In this document: positions 37,161 to 52,583 of the stretch, in pieces
Layout of the letters: each line of letters starts with the position of its first letter
Position numbering within the stretch: position 1 is the stretch's first letter
The notes under the pieces: model-generated
What the model was told of the DNA's origin: nothing
Seen by the model: the letters and a program-made list of their open reading frames with translations, nothing else
Databases searched by the model: none
Assembly (NCBI GenBank): GCA_951406725.2
Contig: OX597817.1
Location: forward strand, 173,600,001 to 173,664,000
Source of the DNA: Octopus vulgaris
Lineage: Eukaryota
Length of the DNA: 64,000 nt
Direction of reading: 5' to 3'
Translations under genes and position numbers: made by a program

Positions 37161-40100
37161 ATATATATATATATATGTATATACATATGATGATGATGAT
37201 ATATATATATATGTATTTGTCCCACTAACACTGCTTGACAACTAGGTTAGTTTATTTATATTCTCATAACCTAGTGGTTCAGCAAAAGAGACCAGGAGAA
37301 TATGTACCCAGCTTTAAAAAAAGTACTAAGATCAACTTGCTTGTCATTTAAGGTAGTGCCCTAGCATGGCCACAGTCTAATGGGCGTAATAAGTAGAAAG
37401 ATAAAAGATAAATCTCTCCCACCATCCTTAATAACATATTCAACCAACATCAGAGTATCCATCTAGACCTTCTGCAAAAAGATCATTAAAGACCCAAGCA
37501 CAGATAACCATGTTCTTGCATTTGACTTTTGTGATAATCTCCACTAACACAGATAAGTATGACTGATCATTGGTGAGCTCTAACCAGTGCAATGTATATC
37601 ACAGTACTTTCTTCATTATATTTTCTGTATAATATTCTTTTACATTCTTTGATTTTATCAGCTACAATTTTTATCTTTCTTCTTACACCTACTCAGTTCC
37701 TAACTAAAAGAGCACACACACACATTTATGCTATCTCTTCATAATTTATCACACCACATCATTTCCTGCTTATAACATATGGCATCCCACCTCTTTTCCT
37801 GCCCTAGTCTTCATCACAACTCCCTATAAGTGCTGCTTAATTTCCCCAATGACAAAACGACTGAAATGAAGAGCGATGTTATAACTGCTTGGTAAATGAA
37901 CTTTCTCCCTAAAATTACCATTATCCACAAACAGTAGCAAAATGGTATGTTCCTGCAATTAGGAGTAAATAGTTAGGAGCAAAGGATAGTGGATGGCCAA
38001 ACTCAGCAGCACACCAGGCAAAATTCATTGAGGTGTTTGGTGACAGAACTGTGAGCTAAGTTCACCCACATTAACTTTGCTTTTGATGTCTCTCAGTTTG
38101 ATAAAGTAAGTACCAATCAAGTACTGGGGATCAATACAATTGACTATAGAACAGACGGTGATTACACAACATGACTGCAGTCCAATGACTGAAATCAGTT
38201 AAAGAATAAAGAATATTTGGACATAAATAGGATTTCTTTTAATTTGATATATATCTTAGTATGATACATAAACAAAAACTACTGTTTGCATTTGTATTTA
38301 AGATATAACAAAAAATATATGGGAAGCATTTTCCAACATTCTGACTTGGTCAAGGATATAGCTATAATAAAACAATAAGGTAGCATCATACATGCAAACA
38401 CACACACATGATAATGATTTTTTCAGTTTCTATCTACTAAATCCACTTACAAGGCTTTGGTCAACCAGAGTTACAACAGAAGACATTTGCTCAAGATGCC
38501 ATGCAGTGGGACTGAACTCAAAACCATGTAGTTGGGAAGCATACATGCACCGTGAATAATATTACTAATTACTAAAACAATGGGATTATCATACAGTTGT
38601 GTAAAGGCCTTGATTCTGCTCCTGATATTTTTTCTGAACCTGTCTTGCAGCAAAGAACATGTCAGTGGTCCTGCAAGATTTTCAGAAACCACAGTGACTC
38701 TAAGGATGTCCCCTATACTACTACATGTAAACAATATTTTATTGCCATATTTGCTGGCATGTAGGGCACATTTTTTTTTTTTTCAAGAAAATATCTCAAT
38801 AAATTATTCTGGATCTTATATGCAAAGTTGGGTCTATATTACATGCTTTAATGCACAAAAAACATTTTTCCCCTTCATATGCACCATTAAAATTGGGGTT
38901 TTGTCTAATATGCCCATGCATCTTCTACACTGTCATATATGGTACTTGTAGATTTACTACAACTGGGATTCAGCTGAATTATATCAATCTTTTGAACTTC
39001 TTTACATAGTCACACATTCCAGTATATTACTTATTAACACACTATCATTGTTGTCTTTTAGCATCCATCTTCCATGCCATCATGAAACAACATCCAACAG
39101 GTTGGAAGACTGTACTGTGCTCCAATCTGCTTTGACATGATTTCTAAAATTGGATGCCACAGAGTGTACTTTATGCTTTTTGCATGGCACCAGCACTACT
39201 AACTTCATCATGTAGCTCACAAGACCAAGAATCTTTTTGACTGAGTGGGACTACAGTAGAGAGAGGGGGGGGCAACTTTATGCTTGATGATGTGAGGTTA
39301 AGGCATGCAGGAAGAGGCCAGAACAGGTTTCTTGGTATAGGGGTAATACATGGTCACTCACATCATATAAGAGTGGAAGGGAGTAATGGGGGCAGGGCTG
39401 GAAAGAGAGATATAGATGCACATATTTAATGATTGCTTACTGACACAGTATACATTTTAATGCATCCACTATACTAAAATATTTAAACCTATACAAAGGG
39501 ACTAACTCTAGCATTTTCACAAGCAGGTCTCTGTTAACTGCATGAACTAATACCCTTCAAAATATTACATTTGAACTCTTTAAGAAACTGATTCAACATC
39601 CTGCCTAGAACAAAGGCCCTTTAAAAAAAACAAAAGAAAAACATTCCATTTGATTTGAATTTGCACGTTTTTATCTACTTATTGCTTTTTGCTCCTGTTG
39701 TTGTAGCTAATTATTTATTTTTACAAATACCTTCTTCATTCAAGAGATTACACACCTACAACTTTAATCTAGAATGCTAACCTTTAGGCAGACCTCCAAG
39801 TCATGTCAATGATCAAATGTCTACAACACTTCAGCTATGCTGAAACCCTCACCTGCTCAAAGTATTTACTTTTAATTCTTCTTTTAGCTTTTCTTATTAG
39901 TTTGTTTTTTTTTTGCCTTTTTTTTCTACTTTCCTTCATTCATTGTTCATGTTTGTAGACGGCTACTCATTTGTTAAAAGGTGGAAATCCCTTGGCTTAA
40001 ATCATACCCGTCCTTGTTCCCTAATCTTAGACTTATTCCTTCGCGTGCATGCTCGTGTGTTTTTATTTAACAATAACCACACTATGCCTATACCACATTA

Positions 40101-42529
40101 GCCCTCCTAGTTTTGAGTGTGCATGCACGTGCATGCATTTGTGTGTGCATTTGTAAGAGACTGTTCATGTGAACTATTTACTTGTACAGTAATCATATAC
40201 TATAGAGCTGTACCTTTAACTCTTGATAGACAGTAGGTTTAAATAACTCTAATAGTGCAGATGGTTACTACTGTAATTAGCATAATGTTTTGACAAAAAG
40301 AAAAAAGGAAAAAGGAAAGGAAAAAAGCTCAGGATGACACAACTTAATGCTATCTTATTCCCTGTTATTTAATAGATTTCTTGAATTTTTCCAAATGACT
40401 GCAAACTGGAATTAAAGTTTTCATCTTGTCACTCAAGAGATTAAACATTCAAGCTAAAGGGGTCAGTCGGGCTCGTTCCCATTCCCCTTCAGTGCATTAA
40501 ATTGTTACTTTATTTGTGACCCCATGGCCTGTAATAACCATACATTTAACTACCTATACAAGGTGCAGATGACAACCCTTAATTTACCATATGTCCATCA
40601 CCATGGACTCTTTATTTTCACCAATGTTATCATTTACACTTTTCCAGATATTTTACTTAAACTGTATTTCTAATTGCTAGGAATTCAGAAATATTTTCCT
40701 TTCATTTCCTCAGTAAATAATATAGACAGAATGAGTCAAGTTGTACTATTTGTCTATTAATCCAATGATATGAGGTTAATCTGCAATCAACCCAATTTTA
40801 TTGTCATTAACATCAACGTGATTTTAAAGCCACTTTCCCCTTTTTCTCTTGTTATACCAGTGACAGACTTATACGACTTCTATCACATGCTTCTTAGTCA
40901 ACACCAAATAATTTTCCTTTTTTGTTCTTTTTAGAGCTAATCCTTTAGCACAAAAATTCACGAATGTCATCTGATCAAATAAAAAAATAGTTATAATATT
41001 GATTTCCTTTTAACAAACCATAAAACCAATTCTTGATACTAGTATCTTATTAGCAATGTACACCCAAAGCTGCATGCAGGTCCAGCTGCATGGCCCATGT
41101 ATTGGTGCCATACACATCAAATTGTGGCAGCCCTTTTTTAATTTACAAGAGTGTACTTCATAAGCTGTGTTAAGTCTGAATACTCCCCCAAGTGCTAGCA
41201 TTGAATTTTAAATATTTTAGCCCAAAGCAGCCAAAGTTCCCACTCAGCAGTTGTAAATTTAGGGGAAATGTTGGTTGCTAGTACTTACTTTTATCACCCT
41301 TGAAGTATGAAAAGGCAAAATCAATCCCAACAAGACTTGAATCTAGACACATAAGGTCAAAAAAAATTTAATTTGTGGTTCAATCCTCCAGACAACTCAC
41401 TGCCCTAAACCAAATTTAACATTAAAAGGGTGTCAAGCAAAAGAGCATTTGTATAATATTGCTAGAAAAGACACCAAAAACTAATGTATTCTCCATCAAT
41501 CTTGACAATTAGTATTCAGTTGTTTGACCACTTGTAAGTAGTTGAATATTCCACAGTGAACTGTACCTTTAACACAATTCTCAAGCTGAATCAGTATGAC
41601 ACAATGTGACAAAGTTGAACCTTTGAATAACAAAGATAATCCATAGAGAAAGAAGGACAGGATTCAGAGCTAGACTGCTGTCAATTTATCAGCCTTGTAA
41701 GGATGAAAGGGGAAGCTAATTTCAGAGGGATTTAAACCCAGCACATAGAGAGCAGAAATAATGTAAGGTACTCAATCTAACTCTTTAATAATTCTGCCAG
41801 TTCACTGCCTTAGGCAGGCATTGAACTAATACAGTATTTAAAGGTAGACCTCCAAAGTTTTCATAAGAAACAGTTTCAGCTCTAGATTTATGGTCATGAG
41901 TAAAAGAAAGCATGAGCCTATTAAAGGTGACATGGCCAGAATATCTCTTACACACTTCCAGTATGTAAGAGAACTGATGAATTAAGTTTAGTGACCAATG
42001 TACACAATACATGCAAGCAGTTGATTTGAATACAAAACCTATGAGCTGTTAGTTCAATGTCTTATGTAATGTATGAATATTTAAAATAAACACTGAACCA
42101 TGCTCAGTAGTGGAGAAAAGCAGATGTATAAAATATATCTTTATTCTAAATTCACATTAGAATTAAACAGAACAAAGTATCAACAAATGAGCAACTAGAC
42201 AATTGTTTAACTTGCCTGAAAGTATATGCAAAAAAACCCTCAAACAATACCTTACTAAAAAAAAGGTAGATAGACTGGATAACTGACGGAAAATGTGATG
42301 GGAAAGACAGGGCTAGAGTTAAATGAACATAGGTCTAATTGATCTGAAGTAATGTGGGACTAAAGAACAAAAGTAATAAAACCAATCTTTCTAGAATTTA
42401 GACTAATGGCTTTCACACTGGGTTCATCAGGTCAAATTCGCAGCACATTTCGTTAGACTGCATCTAATTAAAACAAAAAAGCATTAATTTAGAGAATACC
42501 CTTTAGACCTCAATTCTAAAGATAATGCT

Positions 42530-42700
42530 ATCTCTATCTGCTTGAAGAGCATCAGGCAATGAAAGTTCTCCAAGAAATGCCATTCTGAACCAAACTGTGC
42601 TCTTCTTCCCAGGTGACAAAACATCTCCATCAAGTCTTCTTGTACTGTCTTCTACCACATCTTCACTAGTCTGTCTCTCTTTCTCCTTCCTCCTCAACTC
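42530..42700 (-). mobile_element. Decayed RTE LINE C-terminal fragment
   Basis: Frameshifted KTVQEDLMEM / VTWEEEHSLVQNGISWRTFIA, resembling the RTE C-terminus. Confidence 0.55.
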
Positions 42701-42999
42701 TCCACTTGATGACTAGCCTTACTACAAATCTACTTCAGCTTGATAAAATTTTAAGATGGTCATTTAATGAAATATTTCATGCCAAACATTCACCAAGTTC
42801 AACAACACTATCACAATATGAGGTATGATAATTCTATTTAAGCTCTTCGTGACCATATTATCAATGAAATACATTGCCTCTTTCAAATGTTTTAGTAAAA
42901 TAACTTTTCTTTTAATTAAGCAGGTGTTTTGAATATAACTTAACTAAAAAGTTCCGTCCAAACATTCATCTTCTCCACTCATTATTCTTGGGAGGGTTT

Positions 43000-43350
43000 G
43001 TGGGTAGAATCCTTAGCTACTCCTCCATAGAATTGTATCAGAAGCAACTGCCATTACAGTTTCCAGCTAGATTCTCAAACATTACTAACTGAGACTATGG
43101 CTATTATCCAACCATCTCATTCTTGGTTTACCTCTAGGTCTCCTGCCAGTTGGCTCAGTTTCAAGAATCCATCTTCCGATCCTTTCCTGCAACATTCTAA
43201 TCACATGCACCTGAGCTGTGACCCCCTCAATACAGAAAAGTAACAGCTTAACCTGGGGAGATTTCCTGATCTCCAAGCTATGTGCCCTGTCAAGTAACAC
43301 TGCTTCAGAGACCCTTCAGAGGAACCATATTTCAGCTGCTTGTGTTCATG
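43000..43350 (-). mobile_element. RTE LINE C-terminal fragment
   Basis: ORF 43085..43300 HVIRMLQERIGRWILETEPTGRRPRGKPRMRWLDN. Confidence 0.8.
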
Positions 43351-45479
43351 ATCATACAAAAAGGTTTTTGCATAAAATTATGACAATATGTTTTAATTTA
43401 AATACTTAGCATTTTAAAATAGGCAGTTCTATGTTAAAAAACAGATAGGTTGATAGCAAAAAGTTCAAAATAAACAAACAAAATCGTGAGCTTAAATTTA
43501 GTCCAATTTTTGTAAATACCGAAACAGTATTAGTTTAAAAATAAAAATGTACATAACACTTATAAAGTATATACAAATGTAATATGCATAATTATTATAA
43601 TCTAATGTTGTTTCACGTATGTATATTGATGTAAATTTTGAATTTCTCGCTTGAACGCAAAGCCAATTTTTTGAGAGTAGTATGCAAGTAGTACAGTGAA
43701 CCCTTTTAATTCCAACCAACCAAAGACTGCTTTGGATCTATAAAACAAATTTCCTGTTTTAGAATGATCTAAATTAAAGTTTCCTCTCAAAATTTCAAGT
43801 TAATTTATGTTCCAATCCCCAGCTTACAAATGAGAAGCCTCTCCCAGCTTGCCAGTCCCCAGTCAAACCATACAACTCATGCCAGCATGGAAAGCGGACA
43901 TTAAATGAAAACGATGATAATGATTTTACTAAATCTTCATGGTTTTCAAAATTAATTGAAACAAAGACAGTGTCTTTGGTTAGAAATACAGTTAATTGAC
44001 TCTAGCATTTCACAATGAGATGAAAGAAAAGTAAAATCAGTCCTGACAAAATCCTAAGTCAATGATTTCAGATTTTTTTGCCTTTATTAAGACTAACTCT
44101 ACTTTCATTCATCCAGATGGGAGACAGTCATGAAATATATAGAGAGAGCAAGGAATATTACAGACCAGACTACCACTACTTTCAAAGTAATCACCCAAAT
44201 ATTGTCTCATAAACATTAATAAAATTATATATTGATGTGTATAAAGCCTCCTGGGACTTATAAGGTTTCAGATTTAGCAGTTAAGTGGCTGAATGATAAA
44301 TTTGCCTTGGAACAGAGTTCTACCAATCTAGAAAGAGGTAATTTATCTGGTGCTGGTTATTCATAACAGCTGCATGAACTAAAGCAAATTGAATTAGATG
44401 TATGTATATATATATATATATATATCATCCAAATACTTCAGATCCTTAGGGTTGAAAAATCTTAATGGAGACATCATGAGAAATAGTCTACAATAATGGT
44501 TTTACAATATTCTTTTAAATTTTCATATTAGAATTCATTATTTCTTAAATCCAGAATATAGTTTTATCTGGAAACTATTATTCATTTACATTGCAAGTCA
44601 TTTTAAGCAAATTCATCTCTTTTCCATACTACAACAAGCAATATAGTGGAACCTGAGTTTACAAATTTCATCATTCCTGAAGGCTGTTCATCACCTGAAA
44701 TGTTTGTAAACCAGAACTATTTTTCTCATAGGAAATTCAAGGGAAAGCATGGCAAATTTGAGTAGGAATTGCACTGAGTGAAAGCTAAACAGTAACTAAG
44801 GCTCTCCAGCTGATATCCCCAGCCTGCCGTCAACCATTGTTGCCAGCTTGCATGTTCATTACCTGAGACACCAGTTGTTCAAGAAATTGTACACTAACAG
44901 ATTTGTTCATGATGAGAGATGTTCATAAACCAAGATTCCATTGTACTGGTAAACAAAAACTTGTCTCTTCAGCCTGTTTAAATCTACATTTTCAAATACT
45001 GAATGAAGGTCAGCTTCTATGTGTAAACCTTTAAGAGTCCATACTTCTTTCAAACATATGAGTGAGCTGTCAAGTTCTTGCCATGTTCTCAATGGCTATT
45101 CTCATACTTGATAATATATCAATGCTATAAATTTGCTACAGAGAAGATTACTTTCCAGCCATATATTTTCAGGTTCAGTCCCAATGTGTGGCACCTTGAG
45201 CAAGTGTTGTCTGCTATAACCAACAACAGGCTACACATCTTGCTCATGCAATGCATTCTGGTATATTCCTTATGGTTGGCTGCCTTTCCTAACACCAACC
45301 ACTTTACAGAGTGTAGTAGGTACCTGTTACTAAGCCACCAGCACTAGGAGGATTGACCCTTGTGAGAAGGACTAAAGGAACTCTCTACTCTGTATCAGTT
45401 TTTATTTGGAGTTACTGCCCTCCAAGGTAGAGAAACTGTGATACAGCTTATGGAATCCACATCCCACCCATATTTGCAT

Positions 45480-45510
<31 letters not shown>

Positions 45511-46096
45511 TCCTATCACATGAATTGTAATCTCCCACATGACGATGGACACATTTATCACTTAATTTCTAATATAGAAGATATATATGTATATGCAGAC
45601 ACACATATGCAATTATTACTACATTGTTGCCATATTCTGCAATAAACACAGAATATTAAAAACTGATAAATCAGAGAATAACATTTTCAGACAGTCAAAG
45701 AGAGCATGCTATTCTTTGTTGTCTATTGATTATTTACAGAGAAGTACATCACTGAGGCATTTGTGAACTCTCCAACAGTTATTTCCTTGTAATTTATGTT
45801 GACATGCACATTGCCTAAAAGAGACTTCATTTTTACCTGTCCACTTTTTCATGAAGCACAAAACTGGTTTGATCAGGTGTGCACCTAATGGCAATCAGAT
45901 ATCAAATTGATTGAATGTAGCATATATGTAAATACGAAAATAAATTATTTCAGCTTTAAAGATGAATCTAATCATCGGAAAAATTATAATCTCAACATCA
46001 ACAACTGATATGAGGCATTTAAACATTTAATAAATTTGAGATTATTAAAAAATAAAAATTTTGGAAAAAAAGAAAAACAAAAAAACATAGAACTAC

Positions 46097-46138
46097 CTTA
46101 TCAAGTTCTTCAAGAATTTCAACAGTTGTCTTCTGTTT
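46097..46138 (-). CDS. LNPK: Lunapark coding exon (KQKTTVEILEELDK), 42 nt, phase 0-0
   Basis: Acceptor ttttgttgcag and donor AAG|gtagtt. The peptide resembles the conserved lunapark N-terminal xSTVEVLExIDK segment and is in frame with the next exon. Confidence 0.9.
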
Positions 46139-46822
46139 CTGCAACAAAAAAAAAATAATATTCAGAATTATTAACACTGATTGAAAAGAACATAAGATTA
46201 TTTTATCTTAGAAAATCAGCAACTTCTTTTATCATTGCAGCAGTCCACATCAAACAATATAATTAACTTCAATCTTTAAATTGCAAAATATAATTAACTG
46301 CAAAAAAACAAAACAAAAAAAAAACCCAAAATAACTGCAAAATATAATTAACTTCAATCTTTAAACTGCAAAAACAACTTTTTCTTCTTTTAAAAAATAG
46401 CTTTAGTCATAAAATTGAGGTTATACAGAGTGTAGACAAAGTGAACCTTTGAGTAATTTAATATGGCACCTGACAGATGATCTCAGCCACTTTTGAGAGC
46501 TCAAGATGTGGCTCAAGCCTGTTGAATTATATGTCAGACACAGTAAATATGTAAAGCATGTTACAACATGAATATTGTAATGGTCAGAGAATGTCTGCCC
46601 AGCTGACAACAGGTATCACTTATATTTTGTGGTTGAGTGATTAACAACTGGAAGAGTTTCTGGCTAGAAAAAGACTTGATTCCAACAATATATAAACATA
46701 TAAGTTTAAAGAACTTGCCCTTTTCTGAAGCTAAGGAAATAAAATGAATATAAAACAGTAAATATATTGAATGAAATGCATAATAGTCATTATGCATGAG
46801 TTACACGTGTATGTTTGTATGT

Positions 46823-46853
<31 letters not shown>

Positions 46854-49069
46854 CATATATATGCATACATCCATATATGTGTGTGTTTCCATTCAAAAAT
46901 ACTACTGTAAAGGATTATAGACATTATACTAGCTGTATAAAACTATTGTTAGAGAATTGATACAGTGTACATACACACAGTGTCTATTATCTATCAGATA
47001 ACATAATCCTTTAATTATATCTTTATAAATCCAGTCCCCACACTTCTAAAATGAATTTTCAAGACAGACAGACACACAGAGAGGGAAAGATTGCATCTGT
47101 GCATGAAGGAGAGAGAGAGAGAGGGGCAGGAAGAAAGAAAGATAGAAAGAATGGGGGAGGCAAAGTGAGAAAACCCCAAAAGAACTTAACTAGATATGAA
47201 TGACATTTGAAAGCAACTTGCTAGTGGTATTGAGTATATTTGGAATTTTAAGAAAAGAAGGCTCTTAACAAAAAGAAAAAAACGTTTTAGATTAAAGAAA
47301 GATTAATCATTAGATATACAATAGGGTAGATAGATTTAAAAGAAAGAAAAAACTGAAAAAAAAAAACTTATAGAAAGTTTAAATTACTGAGATATATCTT
47401 CAGGAATTCAGTAGAGCAAATTTCATTGTTTATTTATAAGATAAGACTCTTCCACTAGGCACAAAGCCAGTTGCCATGGAAGAGTATAGCTGACTGACTG
47501 AAACCATTGTAATATACTTATTTTCTCTGACTGGAAACAAAACTGAATAGCGCAAACCAGTTAGGACCACATTCTACTATTTCTGTCAACTTCCTTGCTT
47601 GCCTCCTTTAACACTTTTAACACCTACCAATCTGTAAACCATCTTTTTGTTCTGATAAAACCCTTTCATTTTAGGTGGTTCATATTTAAATTTAAAATGT
47701 CCTTCATAGTCTTATCTAAGAAACTTTTGGTTCAGGAAGGTTTCAAACACCAGTTTAATAATTACAATGATTTTAATAAATATCTCAAAAGAGAATGTAT
47801 TTATGAGATGTGTGGCCACAAAAGGATTAAGATGTAGCAGAGTTGTTGGAATATCAGAAAGAGAAATAAAATTAATGCTTAAATTTACTAACTTTTATTC
47901 TTACAGTTATCTGTTTTGATTCCCAATTTGTAACTATGACAAAACACTTGTATCACTAATATATTTGAGAAAACATGATTATCACCCAATCTCATTTCTA
48001 CTTTTCTTTTGTGTGTGTGTGTGTGTGTGAGCCTTTATGTCAAGCAAATCTCCAATGAATCTTAAAAATCAATACAACAATATTTTAAGTTCAATGATAG
48101 ATATACTGAGTGTATTCACCTGGAGTCTAAAATTATTTTCTGAAATGTGCTTAAAGTGCTTGACTACTTACTACTAATCCATAAAATAAAAACCTACAAC
48201 TGATATCTATACTGTGCCCTCAAAAAAGGTAATTAAGTCCACTTATTTGAAAACCATCCCAGCTAGCTGAATAGCTAGCATTATGGAAGAGCATCGTCAG
48301 GTATTTGATCAAAAAATTTCTTGCAAATGACTCAGGCTTTAAAATCATCTAAACCATGTTATTAAAAATAAATTTAAAAGGACCAAACTAAAAATTAAAT
48401 CTACAACAACAATGAGGGTGTACATTTCAATTATGGTCACATAGCACATGACATATTTACATTTATATGATTTACACTCCAGAACATGACTTATGTTTAT
48501 TAATCCCAGACAGAGTTGAAAAGCCAGGTTAGTCTTGGCTGGACACAACTTCGAAAATAGTCAGATGGCATGAAAGACCAACTATTTCTGCTACTCAAAA
48601 GAATTAAATCACAATGTTTACTATTACAAGCAACAGAAAGCCAAAACTACAGAAGATGTTAAGAAACTTGTGGACCACCCAAAGAGATCAATAGTTCATA
48701 TCCCATTCTCAACATAGAGTTTGCAGAAAAATCCTTTACTTTTAATATCCATTAATGCTTGCAATGTCTCAGGCATGGAGTAATTGATGAGCATTTTGTT
48801 AGCTTGCAGTGGTGAACACAAACCCACCCACTTAGCAAAATTGATGACTGACTGACATCTGAAGCAATGGCATAAGAGTCTTAACTGCTCTGCAACATGA
48901 TGCAAACACCACAAAAATAGAATATTTAAACATAAGAAAGGGGTGAGTACAGACATAATAAAAAAAAAAAAGAATTTGTTTAAAATTAAAAACAATAAAA
49001 ATAAAGGGACTATTAGAAATTCTTTGTGATTTTATATGAAATATGTTAGGATATGAAACTGTTCCTTAA

Positions 49070-49261
49070 TCTGAGATCTTTTTTGGAAACCCATGCATGG
49101 ACATACAGGTATTAACAAACAAAGAGAAGAATGTATTGATCAACTTGTGGAAGACACTGGTTATAAGGTTGAGGCTATGAAAACTCCTATGGAAGATCAG
49201 GACATCAGTGTGGGAGAGTTGCATTGGTCCAAACAAGTCATCTGACCAGATAGATAGATAG
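49070..49261 (+). mobile_element. RTE/RTEX LINE 3' end
   Basis: Translates to LFWKPMHGHTG...CIDQLVEDTGYKVEAMKTPMEDQD and ends in (GATA)n. Confidence 0.6.
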
Positions 49262-51121
49262 TTGTTATTGTTGCTAAATGGCAGTAGAGTGGCACATGTG
49301 GTAAAGTGCCATCAGATCAAAAATGCTTCTGATCACAGGTCTTCTTGATCAAGACTAACCTAAGACCAAACAACAACAGATTCCTGGAGCAAATTGAAGA
49401 ATTGAAGAATTAAAGAAATATTTATTTACTAGCTTAAAAGCCAACCTATCAGGCAGCATTTAAGCTAGCTCCTATGGAGAGCTCTTCATTAGGCCTTGGG
49501 CCCAACAATGACACTTCATGCATTGAGTACATATTAAATTTGATTAAACTTGAACTATATTTTTCAAGCAATGAACAATTTTCATCAAAATGATTTTAAG
49601 TTGTCGACTTGGAACTTATTGCAAAGCTGCATGATAAACAACATCGCTACCACATCTGCAATACACACACCATTCAGACTTCTGATGCCACCACCATCAA
49701 TACCTTTGACTTTGCCTTCCCCTCCACCACCATCACCACTGTCTTTCACATCGCTTACTCTCACTGTCATCCCTGACCACCTTGGCTACCACCACTACCA
49801 CCACCACCACCACAACTACAGCTCATACTATTACTATCACCCCATTACCATCACAAAAAGGCTAAATGTGTGTGTAAAGGAATTCAATGTTCAGTATGTT
49901 AGTTCAGTGTTCAGTCCCTCTTTCTCACTCTTATTATTATTCCCAATGCCACCATCAACACTACTATTTTCAATAAAACATCAACTCTCCCTAAATTTCT
50001 TTGTCTCTCTCTCTCTCTCTCTCTCTTTGTGACTGCCCTCACCGTCTCTATGTTTACTATTACTTTCACCCCAATATGAGTAATAGTAGAAGTGTCATTG
50101 AATAGTGAGAGAGGGAGTCAAAGAGGGACACACCAACATAGAAATTAGTTTTCGTATTTATTATATTAGATTTATTACTATTATTTTGCATCAAGAACTA
50201 TTAGTTTGCAAGCTTCTGTCCCCACATTGGTCAACTGAAAAAAACCAATTCTTCTCCATGAGACACTTCACAACCATGTGTCTCACATAGGACTCTGTCG
50301 AAGTTGAAGAAACTAGGCCAACAAAACTCACCTACCATACTCCCCAGACCTCTCTCCAACTGAGTACCACCATTTTTTCAACTATTCTGGTAACTTACAG
50401 TAAAAGAAGTACTTCAACTACAATACATTAGATGCTTTTAAGAAAGAATCAGTTTCAAAACATCAGGATTTAGTAGTACCAAAATAAAGGAACTTGTTCC
50501 TTGTTTGCAAAAATGTTTAGATTCTTTGGGATCATTATTTTGATCAATAATATTTATCCTGGCTATAAACTGCAATTCTTTTTCTTTCCCTTTATCTGTT
50601 CAGGTTTTCGATTAAATTTAAATATATAAAAAAAACTTATTTAAATAAGTCATCAAAAAGGAAATGAATAAAAAACTATTGTTCAATAAAACTGCTCAAT
50701 TCATTGATAGCCAAATCAATTCTTGTGTATTACAAACCCATTATAAGTATTAAATGATGCCCAGAAGGTAGGGGCAGAGTGTGAAAATAATCAAGATATG
50801 AAGTGTGTGTGTGTGTGTGTGTGGCAAGGGTGGGATGCTAGCTAATAAAGACTGCAACATTCAACCAGTGCCTTAAGGTAAATAAGAGACATGCTCTGTC
50901 TGAGTAGAACAGAGAACAAGGGAAAGAGAAAGCTGGTAGAGGGCAACTAGTGTAACTATATTATAACAGTAACCTGAACTTGGCTGGCAAACAAAGCAAC
51001 AAACACAAACAAAAAGAAATCATCAGAACAAAAGGAAATTAAGAAAATATACCCCAGTTTCATTGTTTCAAGTCTTAAGTATTTTGAGTCGAACATTCTT
51101 TCTTTTTCTTTTTATATGCAG

Positions 51122-51159
<38 letters not shown>

Positions 51160-52182
51160 CATTTCAACATAAAAAGTAGTGTTACAGTTGTTCAATGTAT
51201 AAAAAGGTGGGGAATGAAAAAAAAAATATATTAAAAAGAAAGGACTAAACAAACTACAAGAAAACAAAAACAAAAAATAAACTCCATGTAAATTTCTAGG
51301 TCACAGTAGCTCTGGTTCTATTTACAACTGGGTAGAAACAATGAGAACAAGTTTACTAGGATCAAGAGTTCTAGATATTAAAAGTCAAGAAGATGGTAAA
51401 GCAGCTGTGGGAAGGAAAAAAAATATGAGATAAAACATATTTAGAGATAAGAAAAAAAAAAAAGGAGAGAAAAAGAGGACGGGAAGTTAATGTAGAAAGC
51501 CAACAAGAAAATATTGAACAGTGAATAAGAAAACTGTAAAATAAAAGGTGAGAGGAGATTAAAAAGAAAACATCTTGACACTTAATCCCCTCCCACCTTG
51601 CTGTAATAATTTTGTAAGCTCCAAGAACAGATGTACATGTTTCCTATGATATGCCCTAAGGAGGTGTGCGTAAGAAGTGGGGGGGAACAAGATCAACTAT
51701 TCTCAATGAAACTGAAATGTCTAGCACAAGTACATCAGCTGATGAGAGCGACTAATTATAAGCCTAAATCAAGGATCTTTAATTTACCCTCTCGACAGTT
51801 TAGAATTAACAGCTAATCTTTGAACTAAAATGTAAGGCTTTAAAATATCTGAACTCAACTTATTACAGAAATTAAGTGCATGTGATTATATATGTCATTA
51901 TTCTCATCATTCCAACGTCCACTTTTCCATGCTTGCATGCATCAGAAAGGGTTTATTGAGACACTTTCAAGGGTCAGATGCCCTCCCTGTTGCCAATCTC
52001 CACCTGTTTCCAAGCAAGGTAATATTTCTCCATAACTAGACACGACTGATTTCACAGAAATGGATGACTGCTCATATGATAATGACCCCTAGTGTAAGAG
52101 AAAGACTTTAAACAGCAAAACAAAAAGGAAAAAAAAATCGAATTTTGGCTCTTTTCTAATAAATATATATATAAAAATAGTG

Positions 52183-52552
52183 GATGCACAATGGCCCAGT
52201 TGTTAGGGCAGCAGACTCGCAGTCGTAGAATCGTGGTTTCGATTCCCAGACTGGGCATTGTGAGTGTTTATTGAGTGAAAACACCTAGAGCTCCACGAGG
52301 CTCCAGCAGGGGATGGTGGCGAGCCCTGCTGTACTCTTTCACCACAACTTTCTCTCACTCTTTCTTCCTGTTTCTGTTGTACCTGTATTTCAAAGGGCCA
52401 CCCTTATCACACTGTGTCACGCTGAATCTCCCCGAAAACTATGTTAAGGGTACATGAGTTTGTGGAGTGCTCAACCACTTGCACGTTAATTTCATGAGCA
52501 GGCTGTTTCTTTCAATTGGAACCCTCATTGTCATAACCGATGGAGTGCAACG
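52183..52552 (+). mobile_element. tRNA-derived SINE of a third family
   Basis: A/B-box-like head tggcccagttgttagggc...ggtttcgattccc; ends at (TA)n. Confidence 0.75.

Positions 52553-52583
<31 letters not shown>

Noticed and set aside
49550-50032. 160-aa ORF with Pro and His runs
   Set aside because: Low-complexity (CAC)n/(CT)n sequence antisense to LNPK with no recognisable domain.
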